DNA of 61,818 nucleotides, counting the filler, from Fonticula-like sp. SCN 57-25 (Eukaryota): the NCBI GenBank assembly GCA_001724245.1. It is 4 parts of 4 records of this genome, joined end to end, with 100 filler letters (N's around TTAATTAATTAA, not from the genome) between each part and the next. Parts side by side here need not be neighbours in the genome. Positions count along the whole stretch, not along the records: positions 46,682 to 61,818 come from MEDX01000141.1; 3 more parts are not named here. One strand, 5' to 3'. The notes beneath the pieces were generated by a model. That model was not told where the DNA came from, searched no databases, and saw only the letters and a list, made by a program, of their open reading frames with translations. The position numbers were made by a program, and so were the translations under genes. Positions 61,795-61,818 of this stretch are shown in pieces. Within the stretch, counting starts at the first letter, position 1. Each line of letters begins with the position of its first letter.

Positions 61795-61818
61795 CTATGA
61801 CATATTAGTACTATACTG

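Overview
This is eukaryotic genomic DNA, most likely from a unicellular opisthokont-like protist. That call is inferred from gene content (single-chain ACLY, INTS7, LIN9, SNX5/6-type nexin, group XII PLA2-like, Kazal membrane protein) and short GTACG/GTGCG...YAG introns. The window is four contigs of decreasing length (1-15677, 15778-31289, 31390-46581, 46682-61818) joined by artificial N/TTAATTAATTAA/N spacers, so adjacency across spacers is meaningless. Contigs 1-3 are very compact, with mostly head-to-head housekeeping genes and ~40-90 nt introns: SNX5/6-like, SRP19, WBP4-like, QTRT1, PSMB3, tRNA-Arg(ACG), SF3A1, PCNA, PGM3, TBCE, RhoGEF, INTS7, ANKRD13, two SMYD paralogs, AGL, FHA protein, coactosin, RidA, mL44, ATP synthase epsilon, NTF2, UPF1, ACLY and seipin. 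Contig 4 looks like a different compartment. It has long microsatellite-filled introns, strong enrichment of CACGTG and TGACGTCA palindromes, LIN9, ATG5, a six-Kazal membrane protein, and three copies of a coiled-coil/tandem-SAM gene family. The one complete copy of that family carries an N-terminal WD40 propeller encoded mostly one blade per phase-0 exon. This family and the palindrome-saturated compartment are the best candidates for undescribed biology. All gene models and motif counts were made by eye, without database searches.
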